Part shown: positions 1-9,900 of the stretch, in pieces
Layout: each line of letters begins with the position of its first letter
Position numbering within the stretch: position 1 is the stretch's first letter
Origin: an uncultured Chloroflexia bacterium
Lineage (GTDB): Bacteria; Chloroflexota; Limnocylindria; Limnocylindrales; CSP1-4
Reading direction: 5' to 3'
Assembly (NCBI GenBank): GCA_963734535.1
Contig: CAVTHS010000014.1
Span: 1 to 64,000, forward strand
Length of the DNA: 64,000 nucleotides
Made by a program: the position numbers and the translations under genes
Notes under the pieces: model-generated
The model's input: only the letters and a program-made list of their open reading frames with translations
The model's database searches: none
What the model was told of the DNA's origin: nothing

Positions 1-41
1 CGTGCGCGTGGCCGCGGCTCAGTGCGGCCGTGGGCGAAGGA

Positions 42-2810
42 CTACGCGGTGGGTCGGCGGTCTCGGGCGCGCGAGAGCAGGCCGAGCTCGGCGGCACGGC
101 GGACGGCTGCCCTTCGGCTGTTCACGCCGAGCTTGGCGTAGATGCTCTTGGTGTGCGTCCGCACAGTGTTCGGAGACACCACCAGTTCGCGAGCGATGTC
201 CGGCCCACCCAGCTCGCTGCCCAGGAGGCGCAGGACCTCGAGCTCCCGTTCGCTGAGCGGCTCGATCAGCGGCTGTTCGGCAGGCGTTTGTCCCTCGACC
301 GTGACTGCAGCGGCCTGGAGCCGGCGCACATAGCTCGGAGCGTTCCGCTCCTTCGCCGCCAGCTTGAGCAGCGCCGCCATGGGCGGCCCTTCGTCGATGA
401 AGACGCGGACGTAGCCCTCCGGCTCAGCCAGCGCCACCGCGCGCGCCAGCGAGGCGAGCCCACCCGCCGGATCGCCGCGCGCGTGACGGGCGAGTGCCTG
501 CACGACGAGGAGGTCGATCGCGCTCCCGCTGCGCCCACCGTCCTCCGCACTTGCGAGCAGGCGCTCTGTGAGCTCGATCGCCTCGCCGATCCTGTCGTCG
601 GCACGGTCCCGCGTCCCCTGCGCCAGGAGCAGCCTCGCCAGCGTGGCGTGCTCGAACTCGTGGAGGTAGCTGAGCTCGTCCGCGGCCGCGACACCATGCT
701 CCCGCGCCCAGCCCCACGCCGCCGACAGGCTTCCCTGGGCGATCCACACCCTCGCCCTCACGGCGGCGACGGGGCGCACATCGGGGGAGTAGTTGCTCGC
801 ATACAGGCGCTCAGCCTCCTCGAGGAGCTCGAGCGCGCCATCGAGATCGCCTTCTGCCTGTCGGATCCGGGCCGCCGCGACACGCGACCGGTAGGGGTAC
901 TGCGGCAGGCCGTTCTCATCCCCCAGATCGCGGCCCATCAGCAGGTGCTGCGACGCGGCCTCGAGGTCGTGGCGTTCGCGACACAGCTCGCTCATGCCCA
1001 CGTGCATGTCCGCCGCCCCCCGCAGCGCGGGCGCGCCATGTTCGGTCGCAAGCTGCAGTCCCCGCTCGAACGAGCGCATCGCATCGCGGAGGCGACCCTG
1101 GGCGATCAGGATGTCGGCCTGGACGGTGGCGCCGCCGATGACGGAAGAGACGTCTCCCGCCTCCTGCAGGTCCGCCATGCTCTCGACGTACGAACGGTGC
1201 GCTGCCTCGAGATCCCCGCTCGCCCAGGCAACGAGTCCCAGCAATCCCGCTGCCGCACCACGCCCGAGCTGATCGTCTTCGCCGACGAGGTCGAGCGCCC
1301 GGCGGGCATGGGTCATGGTGCCGGTCACGTCGCCGATGGCCATGGCCCGGGCCGCACGGTAGAGGGCGATCGAACCCGGCAGACGGCGGAACGCATCCTG
1401 GTCGACGACGACCATCGCAGTTGCTGGGGCCCCTGCTACCTCAGGCTTGTCGGCCGTCGCCTCCAGCCACCGTTCGGCATCCCGCAGTCGGGCCTCAACG
1501 CTCTCGATCTTGCCTCCGTCCAGGAGCGTCGCGGCATACGCGACGCTCAGCACGGGCCTGACCCGGATCAGCTCGTCGGGAAGTGCCTCAAGCCACCGGC
1601 GCGCGGTGGCCGCCTGATCCTTCTGGAACGTCGCCGGGATTGCGAGCTCCACCAGGTCCGCCGCCCGCTCGAAATCCTCGCCGGCCATCGCGTGGCGGAT
1701 CGCCTCGGACCGGTCTCCGTGCTCCTCGTACCACTCGCAAGCCCGCCGGTGCAGCTCCGGCACCCGCCCGGGTTGCTCGTCGAGGAGGCGGGCCCGGAGC
1801 ACGTCGGCGAAGAGATGGTGGTAGCGATACCACCGGCGGCGGTCGTCGAGCGGAACGAGGAACAGGTTGCCTCGATCCAGGGCTTCGAGCATGGCCTTGC
1901 CGCCGTACTGGCCGGTGACCGCGTCGCACAACGGGCCGGTCATGCGGGCGAGGATCGACGTCTCCAAGAGCAAGCTCCGGACACGTTCGGGCTGACGGCG
2001 CAGGACCTCCTCGACCAGGTAGTCGACGATGTAGCGGTCGTCCCCGGAGAAGCCCGCGATGAAGCCGGCGACATCGTCACGCCCCTGCATCGAGAGCGCC
2101 GCCAGCTGGAGCGCGGCGATCCAGCCCTCGGTACGGGCCCCCAGGGCCGCGACGTCTCCCGCCGCGAGACCCAGCCGCATCACCCCGTTGAGGTAGGCAG
2201 CGGCCTCCTCCGGCGTGAAGCGCAGATCGACCGCCCGGATCTCGACGAGCTCTCCCCGCGACCGCAGGCGGGCCAGCGGCAGCGCCGGATTGGCGCGGGT
2301 TGCGATCACCAGGCGGATCTGGGGGGGCAGGTGCTCCAGCAGGAACGCCATTCCGTCGTTGACGTCGTGCGCGGCGATCACGTGGTAGTCGTCGAGCACC
2401 AGCACGACCTCGTTCGGCACCGCGCCGAGCTCGTTGAGCAGCGTGGCGAGGACCGTCTCGATCGGCGGTGGCTGGGGCCCGTGCAGCAGAGACAGCGCAT
2501 GTGCGCCGACCCCCGGCACCACCCTCTGCAACGCGGCCACCACGTAGGTCCAGAAGGAGACGACTTCGTTGTCAGCCAGGTCGAGCGAGAGCCACGCCAC
2601 GGACCGTCCGCCGGCCGGAGCGGCTGAGAGCCACTCGGCAACCAGCGTCGACTTGCCGAAACCGGGCGGGGCCGAGATGAGCGTCAGCTTCGACTCGGCT
2701 CCGCGGTCCAAGCGCTCGATGAGCCGTGGGCGCGCGACCAGGCCGCGTCGCAGCCTGGGGACGTAGAGCTTTGTCTCGAGCAGCGGGTCTGCGATGTCCA
2801 GCGTGGTCAC
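42..2810 (-). CDS. MalT-like LuxR-family transcriptional regulator (STAND ATPase + TPR + LuxR HTH), paralog 1
   Basis: LLETKLYVP N-terminus, Walker A APPGFGKST, VLVLDDYH Walker B, TEGWIAALQLA, WYRYHHLF, C-terminal LSERELEVLRLL...TVRTHTKSIYAKLGV HTH. Start uncertain: GTG at 2810 chosen by comparison with paralog 2; the ORF extends to 2894. Confidence 0.92.
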   Translation of the reverse strand: MTTLDIADPLLETKLYVPRLRRGLVARPRLIERLDRGAESKLTLISAPPGFGKSTLVAEWLSAAPAGGRSVAWLSLDLADNEVVSFWTYVVAALQRVVPGVGAHALSLLHGPQPPPIETVLATLLNELGAVPNEVVLVLDDYHVIAAHDVNDGMAFLLEHLPPQIRLVIATRANPALPLARLRSRGELVEIRAVDLRFTPEEAAAYLNGVMRLGLAAGDVAALGARTEGWIAALQLAALSMQGRDDVAGFIAGFSGDDRYIVDYLVEEVLRRQPERVRSLLLETSILARMTGPLCDAVTGQYGGKAMLEALDRGNLFLVPLDDRRRWYRYHHLFADVLRARLLDEQPGRVPELHRRACEWYEEHGDRSEAIRHAMAGEDFERAADLVELAIPATFQKDQAATARRWLEALPDELIRVRPVLSVAYAATLLDGGKIESVEARLRDAERWLEATADKPEVAGAPATAMVVVDQDAFRRLPGSIALYRAARAMAIGDVTGTMTHARRALDLVGEDDQLGRGAAAGLLGLVAWASGDLEAAHRSYVESMADLQEAGDVSSVIGGATVQADILIAQGRLRDAMRSFERGLQLATEHGAPALRGAADMHVGMSELCRERHDLEAASQHLLMGRDLGDENGLPQYPYRSRVAAARIRQAEGDLDGALELLEEAERLYASNYSPDVRPVAAVRARVWIAQGSLSAAWGWAREHGVAAADELSYLHEFEHATLARLLLAQGTRDRADDRIGEAIELTERLLASAEDGGRSGSAIDLLVVQALARHARGDPAGGLASLARAVALAEPEGYVRVFIDEGPPMAALLKLAAKERNAPSYVRRLQAAAVTVEGQTPAEQPLIEPLSERELEVLRLLGSELGGPDIARELVVSPNTVRTHTKSIYAKLGVNSRRAAVRRAAELGLLSRARDRRPTA

Positions 2811-2945
2811 GGCTTGTGCTGCATGGTGATTTGTGGATGCGCTGTCTGCCGATGCGGCGAGTGCTGCCCTCATTGTGGGCTTCGAGCGAGGCATCGAGGT
2901 CGGGATCCGGACCCTCGGAGGACCCGTGTCCCTCGGGCGACCAGG

Positions 2946-3320
2946 CTAGGCAGCCGCGGAGACCCACGTCCATGCGTACCAGACGGTCAATGCGTTGAAG
3001 ACGAAGCTCACGACGATCAGGAAGTTGTCGTAGAGGCCCGGGTACGGCAGGCCAAGCAGATTGAAGACAACGACGAGCACCGCCACGACGATGTTGACCC
3101 AGCCGATGGCGGGGTACGGCAACGTCAGGGACAGGACGACCATGATGATCGGGATCAGCATGATCACGGCGATCCCCAGCCACATTCCCTGACTCGCCTT
3201 CCGGCCCTCGATCTCACCCGGTGTGACGTCGCCGGCAAACAGGCGCAGGACATCCCCCAGGAGGTAGGTCAGCATCACGGCCACCCACAACCCTGAGAGA
3301 ACGATCCTCACATCCGCCAT
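2946..3320 (-). CDS. DUF6326-like small membrane protein
   Basis: 124 aa with about 4 hydrophobic segments; the N-terminal VRIVLSGLWVAVMLTYLLGD and LSLTLPYPAIGWVNIVVA patterns resemble DUF6326. Confidence 0.7.
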   Translation of the reverse strand: MADVRIVLSGLWVAVMLTYLLGDVLRLFAGDVTPGEIEGRKASQGMWLGIAVIMLIPIIMVVLSLTLPYPAIGWVNIVVAVLVVVFNLLGLPYPGLYDNFLIVVSFVFNALTVWYAWTWVSAAA

Positions 3321-3359
3321 GATCTCGGCTGCCTCGTTCCTGAGCCCGTCCTGGGGCGC

Positions 3360-4337
3360 TCAGACCGCCACGACCACCTTGCCCCGGGCGTGGCCCGCCT
3401 CGATGTGGCGCAGGGCTTCCGCCGTCGCGGGCAGCGGGTACGTCGCGCCGATGACCGGCCGGACCTCGCCGCGTTCAACCATGGACGTGAGGACCTCGAG
3501 ATCGTCGTGGTTCGGGTTGGAGAGGGGTCGGCGCAGGCTGTGCTTCACGAAGGGGGACAGCACGACCGGTCGGATCAGCCGGACCAGCAGCCCCAGGCCG
3601 CTCGCGCCCGTGCCGCTCATGAGGACGAGGGTGCCGTCGGGTGTCAGGGCTCGTCGAGTGTCCGCGAGGGAGTGGTTCTCCATGTTGTCGAGGATCAGGT
3701 CGTAGCGTGCCGCACCCCTGGTGAAGTCCTCCCGGGTGTAGTCGATGACGTGGCGCGCGCCAAGAGAGCGGACCAGGTCCACGTTGGTCGGGCCGCACAC
3801 CCCGGTGACCTCGGCGCCGAGGGCGCGGGCGATCTGCACCGCGTACGTGCCCACTCCGCCGGACGCCCCGTTGATGAGGACCCGCTGACCGGCCCGCAGC
3901 CGGCCCGCGTCGCGGAGGCCGTGGAGCGCCGCGGACGCCGACGTCGGGATGGCCGCGGCCTGCTCGAAGCTCATGCTGGACGGCTTGCCGACGAGCCCGT
4001 CCTCGTCGGCCCGTGCGTACTCCGCGCAGGCGCCCGATGACGGCCAGCTGCAGACTCCGAAGACCTGGTCACCGGGCGCGAACCGGGTCACGGCGTTGCC
4101 GGTCGCCTCCACCGTCCCGGCGATGTCGAATCCCGGCACGCCGAACTTCGGCCCGCGCAGGCCGCTCGTGAACCGGATCGGGAACGGCGATCCCCGAACG
4201 CCGAATGCGTCTCCGATGTGGAGCCCCGCGGCGTGCACGCGGACGAGCACCTCCCGGTCGCCGATCCCGGGTTTGTCGATCTCCCGGCTGACGAGCACCT
4301 CCGGCCCGCCGTACCGTTGCTGGACGATTGCCTGCAC
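3360..4337 (-). CDS. NAD(P)-dependent MDR-family oxidoreductase (quinone reductase/alcohol dehydrogenase-like)
   Basis: QAIVQQRYGGPEVL start, PGFDIAGTV, VLINGASGGVGTYAVQ nucleotide-binding motif, GHARGKVV end; GTG start at 4337 after a GAGGAG RBS. Confidence 0.9.
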   Translation of the reverse strand: MQAIVQQRYGGPEVLVSREIDKPGIGDREVLVRVHAAGLHIGDAFGVRGSPFPIRFTSGLRGPKFGVPGFDIAGTVEATGNAVTRFAPGDQVFGVCSWPSSGACAEYARADEDGLVGKPSSMSFEQAAAIPTSASAALHGLRDAGRLRAGQRVLINGASGGVGTYAVQIARALGAEVTGVCGPTNVDLVRSLGARHVIDYTREDFTRGAARYDLILDNMENHSLADTRRALTPDGTLVLMSGTGASGLGLLVRLIRPVVLSPFVKHSLRRPLSNPNHDDLEVLTSMVERGEVRPVIGATYPLPATAEALRHIEAGHARGKVVVAV

Positions 4338-4371
4338 GATTGTCTCCTCGCCTCGTTCCGCATCGCGTCGC

Positions 4372-4400
4372 TGCTTACGACATAAGCATATGCCATAAGC
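4372..4400. promoter_or_regulatory. Tandem TetR-type operators in a divergent promoter
   Basis: Palindrome TGCTTA-cgaca-TAAGCA (4372-4388) overlaps an imperfect second copy GCATA-tgcca-TAAGC (4386-4400), followed by the -10-like TAGAAT (4401-4406), between divergent oxidoreductase and TetR genes. Confidence 0.65.
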
Positions 4401-4435
4401 TAGAATGGCGTCAAGGGCCCTCGAGGAGAACATCG

Positions 4436-5098
4436 GTGACACGCCAAACGACGCCGAAGCGCGCGCCGCTCAGCCGGGACCGCGTATTGCGCGCCGCCCT
4501 GGAGCTCGCCGACGAGGGCGGCAGCGGGGCGCTGACGATGCAGGGGATCGGTCGCCGGCTCGGCGTGGAGGCGATGTCGCTCTACCGGCACGTTCACAAC
4601 AAGGACGACATCCTCGACGGGATCGTCGACCTCGTTTTCGCCGAGATCGAGCTGCCGGCCGATCGCTCGAGCTGGCGAACGGTGCTCCGGGCCCGATCGA
4701 TCTCGGCCCGCGCCGCCCTGCGCCGGCATCCCTGGGCGATCACCCTCATGGAGTCGCGCCTGACGCCCGGCCCGGCGAATCTGCGCAGCCACGAGGACAC
4801 GGTCTCCGTCCTGCTCGACTCGGGGTGCTCGGCGACAACGGCAACGCACGCCTACAACCTCGTTGACAGCTACGTGCTCGGGTTCGCGCTCCAGGAGGTG
4901 AACATGCCGTTCAGCAACGCGGAGGAGCTGGCGGCGGTGGGGGAGCTGCTGATCGCCCGCGTTCCGGCCGACCAGTACCCGAACCTCGTGCGCGTGGCGG
5001 CGGAGCTCCTCGCGTCCGGCTTCGATTACGCCGACGAGTTCGAGTTCGGTCTCGACCTCCTCCTCGACGGCATCGAGCGGGTCGTCCAGGGAGCCTGA
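4436..5098 (+). CDS. TetR/AcrR family regulator with TetR_C-type C-terminal domain
   Basis: LSRDRVLRAALELADE...LTMQGIGRRLGVEAMSLYRHVHNKDDIL HTH; EFEFGLDLLLDG C-terminus; GTG after GAGGAG. Confidence 0.92.
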   Translation: MTRQTTPKRAPLSRDRVLRAALELADEGGSGALTMQGIGRRLGVEAMSLYRHVHNKDDILDGIVDLVFAEIELPADRSSWRTVLRARSISARAALRRHPWAITLMESRLTPGPANLRSHEDTVSVLLDSGCSATTATHAYNLVDSYVLGFALQEVNMPFSNAEELAAVGELLIARVPADQYPNLVRVAAELLASGFDYADEFEFGLDLLLDGIERVVQGA

Positions 5099-5109
5099 TC
5101 GCCGGGCGA

Positions 5110-5290
5110 CGGCTCTCGCGGAACCTTGTCGGGCTCGCGCGCTCGATCGAGGACGAGCGCGGCTCGCCTCGCGGCCAGGTCGGGATCGACACGGAGCTCG
5201 TCGAACGCGGTACGCGGCGCGGGACGCGGAACGAGCCGAGGACGTAGGTGCGGTCCGGCGTTCTGTGCTCGTGAGGCACGACCGCGGGCG
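5110..5290 (-). pseudogene. Possible remnant of a multicopper-oxidase-like gene
   Basis: Fragments HEHRTPDRTYVLGSFRV and AFDELRVDPDLAARRAALVLDRAREPDK in two frames recall an internal segment of actinobacterial-type multicopper oxidases. No start or full domain; recognition from memory only. Confidence 0.3.
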
Positions 5291-5336
5291 GCGGGTCCGC
5301 AAGATGACGCCCCACGGTATGCCGAGCCAAGCACCA

Positions 5337-6112
5337 TCAAGGCACCGTCAGCGTCCCGTGCATCTGCTCCTCGTGACCGGGGATGCGGCAGTAGAAGTCG
5401 TACGTGCCCGGTTTCGGCGACGTGAGTTCGAACAGGTTCTCGCTGCGCGGCCCCACCTTCACATCGACGTTGAGAGCAGCGATCGTGAACGTGTGGATGA
5501 TCGGGTCATCGTTCCTGAATCACGAACTTCGTCGTGCCATCGGCAGCTGCCGTCAGCGTGTCCGTGTCGTACTTCAACCCGTAGGCGGTGATCGTTGTCG
5601 CCCCTTCCTTGTCGGCCGCCGAGACACCATGGATGCTGGCAACCGTGAGGACGGCGGAGATGATCGACAGGATTGCGACGAGCCCAAGGACGCCTTTGAC
5701 TCCCCTGGTCACGTTGGCGGGGCCGCTCGCGCTGGTGGCGACCCCGAACGTGCTGGACCAGGCCCGCGGAACTGCCAACGAGGACGAAGATGGCCGCCGC
5801 AAGGCCAATGACTGGCCGGTACGCGAAGTCGAAGAACGAGTCCGGCGAGGAGAGATTCTCGCCAAGTCCATCGATCGCGAACAGCATCCCGACGAGCCCG
5901 CCCAGGACGCCCACGATGAGGCCCCAGGGACGAACGAAGTAGATGACCGCACCGATTGACCCGGCGATGCCGCCGACAATGACCGGGTACGCCCATTCCG
6001 AAGGCTCGAGAACCAGGTTCACGATGAGGATGACGGCCTCGATGAAGAGGTACATCGCGATGCCCAGGAGTGCAATCCGGGTGTAGTACGGTGTCCCTGT
6101 CAGTTTCTGCAT
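5337..6112 (-). CDS. Multi-pass membrane protein with C-terminal cupredoxin (type-1 copper) domain; two apparent frameshifts
   Basis: Joined from three frames: MQKLTGTPYY... with about 5 TM helices, then GVKGVLGLVAILSII...YGLKYDTDTLT, then NDDPIIHTFTI...PGTYDFYCRIPGHEEQMHGTLTVP* with His-Cys-His-Met ligands. Frameshifts near 5740 and 5517. Confidence 0.78.
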
Positions 6113-6192
6113 TGCCTTGGCCCCTATCCGCTGCGCTCTTCTTCGTCTTCCAGGTCCGGCGCTCGGCCATTGACGGTGGGTGACACCATCCG

Positions 6193-6711
6193 CTAACGAC
6201 CGGCGGCTCCGGCGTGTTCGCCTTGCCGGAACTCGACGAGTGCCGGGTTGAGGAGCGGGTCGACCTGCGTCGCGGCTCCGGCGTGTTCGCCTTGCCGGAA
6301 CTCGACGAGTGCCGGGTTGAGGAGCGGGTCGACCTGCGTCGCGGCTCCGGCGTGTTCGCCTTGCCGGAACTCGACGAGTGCCGGGTTGAGGAGCGGGTCG
6401 ACCTGCGTCGCGGCTCCGGCGTGTTCGCCTTGCCGGAACTCGACGAGTGCCGGGTTGAGGAGCGGGTCGACCTGCGTCGCGGCTCCGGCGTGTTCGCCTT
6501 GCCGGAACTCGACGAGTGCCGGGTTGAGGAGCGGGTCGACCTGCGTCGCGGCTCCGGCGCCCGGGGCAGGCGAACCCGTGATCAGGGCCGTTGCGAGGAT
6601 CGCCGCGGAAACGACGGCCACGATGACCGCTGCGATGAGGAATGCCGGGCCGAAGAGGTGTGCCTGCCCGCTCGTTTCCCTGGCCTTTGTACCCTGCTGC
6701 ACCAGATCCAT
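6193..6711 (-). CDS. Membrane-targeted/secreted protein with five identical 23-aa repeats (AGAATQVDPLLNPALVEFRQGEH)
   Basis: ATG at 6711 lies 7 nt after an AGGGGG RBS; the hydrophobic helix AFLIAAVIVAVVSAAILATALITG is followed by 5 repeats and AGAAGR-stop. Confidence 0.72.
   Translation of the reverse strand: MDLVQQGTKARETSGQAHLFGPAFLIAAVIVAVVSAAILATALITGSPAPGAGAATQVDPLLNPALVEFRQGEHAGAATQVDPLLNPALVEFRQGEHAGAATQVDPLLNPALVEFRQGEHAGAATQVDPLLNPALVEFRQGEHAGAATQVDPLLNPALVEFRQGEHAGAAGR
6203..6559. repeat. Perfect tandem repeat, 5 x 69 bp plus a partial copy
   Basis: Unit ggctccggcgtgttcgccttgccggaactcgacgagtgccgggttgaggagcgggtcgacctgcgtcgc starts at 6205, 6274, 6343, 6412 and 6481, with a 10-bp partial at 6550; no spacers. 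Confidence 0.97.
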
Positions 6712-6763
6712 TGTCATGCCCCCTGCGTGGCACCCGGCGGGTGCTTCTACGATCGGGGCGTGA

Positions 6764-6799
6764 GATCTGACGGCACGAGCGTTCGATCCCACGGCACGA
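6764..6799. promoter_or_regulatory. Direct-repeat operator candidate GATCnnACGGCACGA x2
   Basis: GATCtgACGGCACGA (6764-6778) and GATCccACGGCACGA (6785-6799), 21-bp period, between the repeat-protein gene and the divergent STAND regulator. Confidence 0.55.
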
Positions 6800-6920
6800 A
6801 TCGCCGTATCACTCGCGCATCCCGCTGAACGTATGTACGGTGGCGCCGAGCGGATCCGATGTCGCGGGCGGTGCAGTCGACATCCTTCGTCAACGTGGGG
6901 GAGTGGGGGGCAGCCAACTC

Positions 6921-9900
6921 GTGGCTCAGCTGCAGCCAGGCGCGTTCTTCGTCGGTCGTGATCGCGAGCTTCGCGAGCTGCTCGACGCGCTCGATGAGGC
7001 CGGATCCGGCCGAGGTCGCATCATCATGCTCGGCGGCGAGCCAGGCATCGGCAAGAGCCGCCTGGCGGACGAGCTGGCAACGCGTGCCCGAGAGCGCGGA
7101 CACCAGGTCCTCTGGGGTCGCGGCTGGGAGGACGCCGGGGCGCCCCCGTACTGGCCCTGGGTCCAGGCGCTTCGGTCCTACCTGCGATCGACCGACGCCG
7201 ACGACATCCGGCGGCAGATGGGATCCGGTGCGCGCGACATCGCCCAGATGCTGCCAGAGCTGCGCGACCTGTTCCCGGATCTCCCGGCCGCGCCCGATCC
7301 CGATTCGGAGTCGGCGCGGTTCCAGCTGTTCGACTCGACGGCCACGCTCCTGCGCAACGCCGCACGCGCCCGCCCTATGCTCATCGTCCTCGACGACCTG
7401 CAGGCCGCCGATACGCCCTCGATCCTGTTTCTCCGCTTCCTGGCCAGCCAGCTGAGCGACATGCCGGTACTCCTTGTCGCGACCTATCGCGACGTCGAGC
7501 TGACGCCGGAACACCCGCTCACCTCGGCGATCGCCGAGGTGGCTCGAGAGCCACTCACCCGCATCCTCGTGCTTGCCGGATTGGCGTCGGATGCCGTCGG
7601 ACAGTTCATCGTGGCGACCGCGAACGTCACGCCTCACGACCACCTCGTTGCAGCGGTGTGGCGAGAGACCACGGGTAATCCGCTTTTCGTCGGAGAGGCG
7701 ATCCGTCTGCTGTCCGCCGAGGGACGCCTCAGCGAGGTGGCGGACCTTCCGTCGCTGAGGGTCGCGGTCCCGGCTGGCATTCGGGCGGTCATCGGTCGTC
7801 GGATCGGGCACCTCAACGAGGCGACCATCCGAGGTCTCGGACTCGGGGCTGCGCTCGGTCCCGAATTCAGCCTCGAAGTCCTGCGTCGGATCGGCGAGTT
7901 CGGGATCGACCAGGCGCTCGAGCTCGTCGATGAGGCGGTCGAGTCGGGCCTGCTCCTGCCGGTCGCCGGCGTACTGGGTAGATACCGCTTCTCCCACGAC
8001 CTCGTGCGCGAGTCCCTGTACGACGAGCTGTCGCCTGGCCGGCGAGCTCGCCTCCATCGGCACATCGCACATGTCCTCGAAGAGATCTATGCGACGTCGA
8101 CCGAGGGACATCTCGCTGAGCTTGCCTTCCACTACGTCGAAGCTGCACAGGGCGGGGATGCTGGTCTGGCGCCGAGCGATGTCGAACGCGATGGACCCAA
8201 GGCCATCGACTATGCGAGGCGGGCCGGGAACGATGCAGCCAGGTCGCTGGCGTACGAGGAGGCGGCGCGCCTCTACCGCATGGCGCTGGCCGTGCTCGAC
8301 GCCGATGGCGTGGCGGATGACCAGGCCCGGGGGGAGACCCTGCTCGCGCTCGGCGACGTCGAGGCCCGTGCGGGCGAGCTCGACGATGCACGCACGACCT
8401 TCCTCGAGGCGGCGGACATCGCCCGGCGGACCGGCGCCGGGCAGCACCTGGCGCGGGCCGCGCTCGGCTTCGGTGGTCGTCACCCATGGGCACGTCCTGG
8501 CAAGGACACGCGGCTCATCCCCCTCCTGCAGGACGCGCTGGTCATGCTCGGCGGCACCGACGATCGCCTCCGCGTTCGCCTGCTGACCCGCCTCGCCTGC
8601 GCCTGGCGCAGCACGCCGGAGCGGCGGAACGACAGTGCGGCGCTGAGCCGGCAGGCTGTCGAGATCGCGCGCGGGTTGGATGATCCCGCCAGCCTCAGCT
8701 ACGCTCTCGCCGGTCGCTTCTGGGCGACGTGGTGGCCGGAGAACCCAGCCGAGCGGCTGCCGATCGCACAGGAAATGGCCGGGATAGCGGAGGCGCTCGC
8801 GGACGGCGAACGCATCACGGCCCACCTGATGTTGTTCCTCAGCCTCAGCGAGCTCGGCCGGATCGCGGAAGCCCGAAGTGAGTCGGACACCCTCAGCCGC
8901 GTTGTCGGGGAGCTGCGTCAGCCGGCGCACCTGTGGCTGGAGCCCGTCAACCGCGCGGAGCTGGCCCTGCTGGAGGGGGAATTCGTCCTGGCGGAGGAGC
9001 TCATCGCCTGGGAGATGGCGTCGCGTCATCGGGTCACACCCGGTCGCGACGACGTTTCGGCTGCTCGGATGCACCGATTTCTGCTCCGTCGCGAGCAGGG
9101 CCGGATTGCCGAGGAAGAGGCGACGGTGCGGACCTCGATCGACGATTTTCCGTGGTACCCATTCCATCGGGCGGCGCTGGCGTGCCTCCTCCTCGATCTG
9201 GGCCGGGATGCGGAGGCGGGCGTCGTTCTTGACGATCTCGCGGAGCACGAATTCAGGGCGCTGTACCGGGACAACGAATGGCTCCTCGGGATGAGCCTCG
9301 CCAGCGAGGCGTGCGCAAGGCTGGGCGATGCTTCGGCTGCCTCCACGCTGTACAACCAGTTGCAGCCTTTCGCCGGTCGGCACGCGGTCGGGCATGCGGA
9401 GGGAAGCGTTGGAGCAGTCGACCGCTACCTGGGGCTGCTCGCAGCGACACTCGGCCGGCTCGACGACGCGGATCGCCACCTGACGGCGGCGATCCAGTTC
9501 AACGAGCGAATGGGCGCACGTCCCTGGACGGCCCATAGCCAGCATGATCTGGCCGTGGTCCTCGTGCGACGCGACATCCCTGGCGACAGAGAACGGGCCC
9601 GGCAGCTCGACCGCGCGGCGCGAGCCACCGCGGACAAGCTCGGCATGGTGCTGGCAGAAGGGATCAGCGCCGGTACCGACGAGCCAACGTCCGCGGCGGC
9701 GCCCGGATCCCCGCTGACCTCGGGCACGTTCCGCCGCGAGGGCGAGTACTGGACGATCGAACTCGGGCGGGAGGCGTTCCGGGTCCGGGACTCAAAGGGC
9801 GTCCGTCATCTTGCACGTCTGCTCGCCGCACCTGGCCGCGAAGTGCATGCCCTCGAGCTCGCGCGTCTCGAGTCCCCGCGGGCCGGCGCCGCCACGGTAG

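Noticed and set aside
30-2627. Long antisense ORFs (also 6747-9545, 14221-16050, 53227-57522 and others)
   Set aside because: These are shadow ORFs opposite well-supported genes, expected at this GC content, and have no recognisable motifs.
6203-6559. CRISPR array
   Set aside because: The units are contiguous identical 69-mers with no unique spacers, no cas genes are nearby, and the repeat is in frame within a plausible CDS.
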